A DNA stretch of 38,670 nucleotides from Acetobacteraceae bacterium (GTDB lineage: Bacteria > Pseudomonadota > Alphaproteobacteria > Acetobacterales > Acetobacteraceae): the NCBI GenBank assembly GCA_947446625.1, contig CANFIE010000001.1:1-38670 (forward strand), read 5' to 3'. Below the pieces are notes generated by a model. That model ran no database searches. It worked only from the letters and a program-made list of their open reading frames with translations, and was not told where the DNA came from. Shown here one piece after another: positions 34,057-38,670 of the stretch. How positions within the stretch are numbered: position 1 is the stretch's first letter; the number at the start of each line of letters is the position of its first letter. The position numbers were made by a program, and so were the translations under genes.

Positions 34057-35382
34057 CTACGCCGCGATGGCGCGAAGCGCCGTGTCCAGCGTCTCGAAGA
34101 TGCGGTCCACATGCGGCTTCTCGATGATCAGCGGCGGTGAGAGCGCGACGATATCGCCGGTCACGCGCACCAGCAGCCCGTCATCAAAGCACTTGCGGAA
34201 CACATCCATCGCCCGCGCCCCGGGCTTGCCTGCACGCGGCGCCAGTTCAATGCCGGCAATCAGCCCGTAGTCGCGGATATCAATCACCCCCGGCGCCGAC
34301 TTCATGCTGTGCGCGGCGGCCTGCCAATACGGCTCAATCTCCCGCACCCGGCCGGGCAGGTCCTCCTTGCGGTGGATGTCGATAGCCGCGATGGCGGCGG
34401 CCGCGGCCAGCGGGTGGCCGGAATAGGTATAGCCGTGGAACAGCTCGATCCCGGCCGGGCTGTTGTTCACCACGCCATCATAGATGAAGTTGGCCACCGC
34501 CACGGCGCCCATCGGCACGGCGGCATTGGTCAGCCCCTTGGCCATGGTGATGATATCCGGCGTCACGCCCAGGCGTTCACAGCCAAAGGGGCTGCCGATG
34601 CGGCCGAAGCCGGTGATGACCTCATCAAAAATCAAAAGAATGCCGTACTTGGTGCAGATCTGCCGCAGGCGTTCCAGATAGCCCTTGGGCGGCACCAGCA
34701 CGCCGGTGGAACCAGCCACCGGCTCCACCATCACCGCCGCGATGGTCTCGGCGCCATGCAGCGCCACCAGGTTTTCCAGCGCATCGGCCAGATGGGCACC
34801 GTGTTCCGGCTGGCCCTTCTGGAACAGGTTTTCGGTCAGGCCATGGGTATGCGGCAGATGGTCCACATAGGGCAGCAGCGCGCCGAATTGCTTGCGGTTG
34901 CCGCCAATGCCACCCACCGACATGCCGCCGAAGCCCACGCCATGGTAGCCGCGCTCCCGCCCAATCAGTCGCACCCGAGAGCTCTCGCCGCGCGCCTTGT
35001 GGTAGGCCAGGGCAATCTTCAGCGCGGTGTCGGCGCTCTCGCTGCCGCTATTGGTGAAGAACACGCGGTCCATGCCATCGGGCGTCATCTCCGCCACCTT
35101 GGCGGCGGCCTCGAACGCAATCGGGTGGCCCAGCTGGAAGGTGGGGGCGAAGTCCATCACCTCGGCCTGGCGCTGAATGGCCTCCACAATCTCGGTGCGG
35201 CCATGCCCGGCATTGCAGCACCACAGCCCGGCGGTACCGTCCAGAATCTCGCGGCCGTCGGTGGTGGTGTAGTGCATGCCCTTGGCGCGGGCGAGCATGC
35301 GCGGCGTGCCCTTGAAGAACCGGTTGTCGGAATAGGGCATCCAGAAGGCGTCCAGGTTGTTCGGACGCGGAATCTCGTTCAT
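34057..35382 (-). CDS. Class-III aminotransferase, omega-amino acid/beta-alanine--pyruvate transaminase-like
   Basis: ORF 34057..35442; ATG at 35382. LDAFWMPYSDNRFFKGTPRML, DGTAGLWCCNAGHGRTEI, FTNSGSESADTALK, LIFDEVITGFGR, ITMAKGLTN (PLP lysine). Confidence 0.85.
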   Translation of the reverse strand: MNEIPRPNNLDAFWMPYSDNRFFKGTPRMLARAKGMHYTTTDGREILDGTAGLWCCNAGHGRTEIVEAIQRQAEVMDFAPTFQLGHPIAFEAAAKVAEMTPDGMDRVFFTNSGSESADTALKIALAYHKARGESSRVRLIGRERGYHGVGFGGMSVGGIGGNRKQFGALLPYVDHLPHTHGLTENLFQKGQPEHGAHLADALENLVALHGAETIAAVMVEPVAGSTGVLVPPKGYLERLRQICTKYGILLIFDEVITGFGRIGSPFGCERLGVTPDIITMAKGLTNAAVPMGAVAVANFIYDGVVNNSPAGIELFHGYTYSGHPLAAAAAIAAIDIHRKEDLPGRVREIEPYWQAAAHSMKSAPGVIDIRDYGLIAGIELAPRAGKPGARAMDVFRKCFDDGLLVRVTGDIVALSPPLIIEKPHVDRIFETLDTALRAIAA

Positions 35383-35558
35383 GGCGGCGGGCCTCATGGC
35401 GGCGGAAGCGCGCAGGGAACACCCAGGCGCCCTGTCGGGCAAGCGGGGCTTTTGCCGCCCGGCCTCATCATGGCAGGGTAATGGCCTGCTTACCGCGCAA
35501 CCACCGCCACGGCCGCCCCGCCGGCGGGCAACGGCGCGCCACTTTGAAGGAGACGAGC

Positions 35559-36221
35559 ATGACCGAAGGCAGGCTGGTGATTGGCACCAAGCGCTATTCC
35601 AGCTGGAGCCTGCGCGGCTGGCTTGCCGTGCATATGGCCGGGCTGGATGTGGCGGAGGTGGTGATTCCGCTGAACAGCGCCGGCGCCTTCGGCACCCCGG
35701 GCATTGCCGCCGTTTCCCCCAATGGGCTGGTGCCGTTTCTGGAACACCAGGGCGCCCGGCTGTGGGAAAGCATGGCCATTGCCGAATACTGCGCCGAGCA
35801 GAAGCCCGGCCTGTGGCCCACGGACCGCCTTGCCCGCGCCCATGCCCGCAGCCTGGCCAGTGAGATGCATGCCGGCTTCGGTGGCCTGCGCCGCGCCATG
35901 TTCTTCAATGCCGGGCGCAGCTTTGCCGGACGAGGCCAAACCGCCGAGGCCCTGGCCGACATCGCCCATCTGGAAAAGGCCTGGGCCGCAGCGCTGGGGC
36001 AATATGGCGGCCCCTTCCTGTTCGGCACCGATTTCACCCTGGCCGATGCCATGTTCGCCCCGGTATGCAGCCGGCTGCGCACCTGGGCGCCGCCGCTTTC
36101 CGCCACCGCGCAGGGCTATGTGGATGCGGTGCTGGCCCACCCGCTGCTGCTGCGCTGGTATGCCGAGGCCCTGGCCGAACCCATGGCCTGGCAACTGGAC
36201 AAGTACGAGAACCCGGCATGA
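35559..36221 (+). CDS. Glutathione S-transferase family protein
   Basis: ATG at 35559 after GAAGGAGA. 220 aa. LVIGTKRYSSWSLRGWLAV, VPFLEHQGARLWESMAIAEY, and a C-terminal helical domain. Confidence 0.75.
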   Translation: MTEGRLVIGTKRYSSWSLRGWLAVHMAGLDVAEVVIPLNSAGAFGTPGIAAVSPNGLVPFLEHQGARLWESMAIAEYCAEQKPGLWPTDRLARAHARSLASEMHAGFGGLRRAMFFNAGRSFAGRGQTAEALADIAHLEKAWAAALGQYGGPFLFGTDFTLADAMFAPVCSRLRTWAPPLSATAQGYVDAVLAHPLLLRWYAEALAEPMAWQLDKYENPA

Positions 36222-37129
36222 GCGGCACCGCAGACGGGCGCATGAGCAGCGCCGCGGCGCTGGACCATGTGGGCGTGGCCGCGCAGGACCTGGCCCCGCT
36301 TGTGGCGCAATACAAGCGGCTGGGGTTTGACCTTTCCCCCCTCGCGCAGCAATCCGGCAAGCGGCGGCCCGATGGCCCAACCGAGTTGTTCGGCAGCGGC
36401 AATCGTTGCGCCTTCTTCCGGCATGGCTATATCGAGCTGATCGGCATTCTGGACCCCGCGCTGTTCGGCAACGCGGTGGACCAGTTCGTGGCGCGCTATG
36501 CCGGGCTGCATATCGCCGCCTTCGCCATGCAGGATGAAGCCGCCAACCTGGACCGGCTGCGCGCCGGCGGGCTGGCCATTCCGGGCATTGCCTATCTGGA
36601 ACGCCCGGTGGAAGCCGGCGGCCCCATCGCCCGCTTCGCCCGGCTGCCCTTCCCGGATGCGCCGGAGGGGCGGGTGCAACTGATCCGCCACCTGACACCG
36701 GAATTGGTCTGGCAGCCGCGCTGGATGAACCACGCCAACAAGGTGGAGGCGCTGGAAGCCCTGGTGATGGTCTCGGCCAACCCGGCCGAGACGGCGGCGC
36801 GGTTCTCCCGCCTCACCGGCCTGCCGCTGGAGCCGGACCCGGTCGGCGGCTTCCGCCTGGTGCTGCCCGGCGCGGCTGGGGCGGCGGGGCCGGAAGCGCC
36901 AGTGATGCAAACCCAGGTACGGATGCTGCCGCCCGAGGCGCTGGCCAGCGTGCTGCCCGGGGTGGAGGTGCCCTGCCTGCCCTTCATGGCCGGCATGGTG
37001 CTGCGCACCAGCGATGCCACTCAGGCCGCCCGGCAGCTACTGACCGGGCTGCCGCTGGTGGAACTGCCCGGCGGCGCCCTGCTGGTACCCCCCGCCCTGG
37101 CCGGCGGCGCCGCGCTGGTACTGCGATGA
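36218..37129 (+). CDS. VOC (glyoxalase/dioxygenase-like) family protein
   Basis: The ATG at 36218 overlaps the GST stop (ATGA). LDHVGVAAQDLAPLVAQYKRLGF ... FFRHGYIELIGILDP. 303 aa. Confidence 0.6.
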   Translation: MSGTADGRMSSAAALDHVGVAAQDLAPLVAQYKRLGFDLSPLAQQSGKRRPDGPTELFGSGNRCAFFRHGYIELIGILDPALFGNAVDQFVARYAGLHIAAFAMQDEAANLDRLRAGGLAIPGIAYLERPVEAGGPIARFARLPFPDAPEGRVQLIRHLTPELVWQPRWMNHANKVEALEALVMVSANPAETAARFSRLTGLPLEPDPVGGFRLVLPGAAGAAGPEAPVMQTQVRMLPPEALASVLPGVEVPCLPFMAGMVLRTSDATQAARQLLTGLPLVELPGGALLVPPALAGGAALVLR

Positions 37130-37173
37130 GCCGCAAGCGGGCAGCCTTGCCATCACGGACAAAGGGTTGAGCC

Positions 37174-37764
37174 ATGCCAAGCTTCCTGCATGTGGGCTGC
37201 GGTCACACGCCCAAAAGCAACACCACGCCCATTCTCTCCGGCCCGGAATGGCATGAGGTGCGGTTGGATATCGACCCCAATTCCAACCCTGACATTGTGG
37301 CCAGCATGACCGACATGGCCGCCGTGCCGAGCGCCAGCATGGATGCGCTCTACGCCCACCATACGCTGGAACACCTGTTTCCACATGATGTGCCGACCGC
37401 GCTGGCCGAATTCGCCCGCGTGCTGCAACCCGATGGCTTCGCCATCATCGGCTGCCCCGACCTGCAACAGATCGGCGCCCTGCTGGTAGAGGGCAAGCTG
37501 CTGGAGACCGCCTATTTCTCGCCAGCCGGACCGATTTCGGCGCTGGACATGCTCTATGGTCTGGGTGCCGCACTACGACAGGGGCACCACCACATGGCGC
37601 ATCGCGGCGGCTTCACCCGGACCTCGCTACGCCAGCAATTGCGCCAGGCTGGCTTCGCCACGGTGGTGACGCGCCAGCAGAGCTACAACCTCACCGCCTA
37701 TGCCCTGCGCCGGCCGATGCCGGATGACGAGGCCATCGCCTGGGCGCGCACGCACTTCGTGTGA
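37174..37764 (+). CDS. Class I SAM-dependent methyltransferase (Methyltransf_11-like)
   Basis: 196 aa. Motif I-like FLHVGCGHTP, then DALYAHHTLEHL and LQPDGFAIIGCPD. Confidence 0.6.
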   Translation: MPSFLHVGCGHTPKSNTTPILSGPEWHEVRLDIDPNSNPDIVASMTDMAAVPSASMDALYAHHTLEHLFPHDVPTALAEFARVLQPDGFAIIGCPDLQQIGALLVEGKLLETAYFSPAGPISALDMLYGLGAALRQGHHHMAHRGGFTRTSLRQQLRQAGFATVVTRQQSYNLTAYALRRPMPDDEAIAWARTHFV

Positions 37765-37792
37765 GCCTGCCGAAGCCTATGGCCCGCGAGGC

Positions 37793-38353
37793 TTACGCCT
37801 CGACCTGCTCCACGCTGCGCACTTCCGGCACATAGTGCTTCAGCATGTTCTCCACGCCATGCTTCAGCGTGGCGCGGCTGGAAGGGCAGCCCGAGCAGGC
37901 GCCCTGCAGCTTCAGCTTCACAATGCCCTCGCGGAAGCCACGGAACACGATGTCACCGCCATCGCCGGCCACCGCCGGGCGCACGCGGGTGTCGAGCAAT
38001 TCCTTGATCTGGTCGACCACCTCGGCATCGGCAGGGTCGTAGTCGCCCGCATCATCATCGGCGTCCTGGTCCAGCACCGTACCGCCACTCACAAAGTGCT
38101 CCATGATGGCGCCCAGCACGCGCGGGCGCAGCGCCTGCCAGCCTTCGGCGCCATCCTCGGTCACGGTGATGAAATCGGCACCCAGGAACACGCGGGAAAT
38201 GCCGGGCAGGGCGAACAGCTTCAGCGCCAGCGGGCTATGCGTGGCAGCGTCGGCATTGGCGAAGTCGGCAGTGCCGCGCTCACCCATCACCTCACGCCCC
38301 GGCAGGAATTTCAGCGTGGCGGGGTTCGGCGTGCCTTCGGTTTCGATGAACAT
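37793..38353 (-). CDS. NifU/Nfu-type Fe-S cluster scaffold/carrier protein (Nfu_N + NifU_C domains)
   Basis: 186 aa. MFIETEGTPNPATLKFLPG (Nfu_N). VRPAVAGDGGDIVFRGFREGIVKLKLQGACSGCPSSRATLKHGVENML (CxxC). Confidence 0.88.
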   Translation of the reverse strand: MFIETEGTPNPATLKFLPGREVMGERGTADFANADAATHSPLALKLFALPGISRVFLGADFITVTEDGAEGWQALRPRVLGAIMEHFVSGGTVLDQDADDDAGDYDPADAEVVDQIKELLDTRVRPAVAGDGGDIVFRGFREGIVKLKLQGACSGCPSSRATLKHGVENMLKHYVPEVRSVEQVEA

Positions 38354-38670
38354 GATGCGGTTCCCAAAGCGGCGTCTGTTTCCCGACCTATTTGGTCCGG
38401 ATTGGCGCAGCCTGCAAGGGCCAGGGAAGCGAGAGGGAGGGGGGCGCCGGTGGACTGGTCTCAGGGGGAGGGAGAGAGGGGGTAGTAACCCGGGGGTGAG
38501 GAGTGGGGGTCCCGGGCAGCCCGGTCGTGTCCCGGGTGGTGGTGTAGGAGCGACGGAGCCCGGGGCGCGTAGCGAAGCCCCAGGCGAAGCGTAGCGGAGC
38601 GCCCCGGGCGGCCACCGCGGTGATCCTTGGTAGGGTTTGGGTTGTCGAGACCTTCAACCTGAGACCAGGA

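Noticed and set aside
38388-38657. 89-aa Pro/Thr-rich minus-strand ORF, and the 163-aa + ORF 38103..38594
   Set aside because: Both are translations of the G-run/C-run low-complexity DNA. There is no start context or homology, and the + ORF overlaps the Nfu gene in antisense.
38618-38670. Possible partial TPP (THI-box) riboswitch: ...CGAGACCTTCAACCTGAGACCAGGA resembles CTGAGA...ACCCTTTGAACCTGATCTGGAT
   Set aside because: The GGGGTGC/P3 hairpin part is not present upstream, the match is partial, and the sequence is truncated by the window end. This cannot be supported without downstream sequence and a covariance-model search.

Overview
High-GC chromosomal segment, roughly two-thirds G+C by eye. 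The gene order looks alphaproteobacterial: lpoA-like/rsmI divergent pair, murJ-trpS, and hisB-H-A-F-E next to hslVU. That taxonomic placement is an inference. I call 1 tRNA (Gly-GCC), 39 CDS, 4 copies of one repeat family, 1 hairpin terminator and 3 candidate regulatory sites. Most genes are housekeeping: phoR, rsmI, trpS, murJ, the his operon, hslVU, feoAB and an Nfu-type Fe-S protein. An accessory-looking carboxylate/CoA-metabolism block lies at about 6.6-18.7 kb. It holds two SMP-30 lactonase paralogs, an AidB-like acyl-CoA dehydrogenase, a crotonase, two family-III CoA-transferases, a TctC binding protein, a clade-2 chlorite-dismutase-like protein and a D-tartrate-dehydratase-like enolase. 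I saw no CRISPR array, IS element, integrase, toxin-antitoxin pair or recognisable defence genes. The main structure not explained by genes is a family of four ~105-bp, low-GC, double-hairpin elements (REPIN/RIME/MITE-like) with CTAGAGCA/TGCTCTAG termini. Each copy sits exactly between convergent genes, and three of the four supply the TAG stop codon of the upstream ORF. One copy pair shows a compensatory stem substitution. Other observations are a triple CACGTG box in a divergent promoter and four tandem ~24-bp repeats between hisB and hslV. A perfect 16-bp palindrome lies upstream of feoAB, and an orphan CzcA-type RND pump sits next to feoAB. An EcsC-family gene is coupled to hslU by a start/stop overlap, and HisE carries a Lys/Ala-rich N-terminal extension. 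The his operon is interleaved with three non-his genes, and the 3' end of the window is a G-run-rich noncoding stretch. All calls come from reading the sequence and the ORF track; no searches were run.
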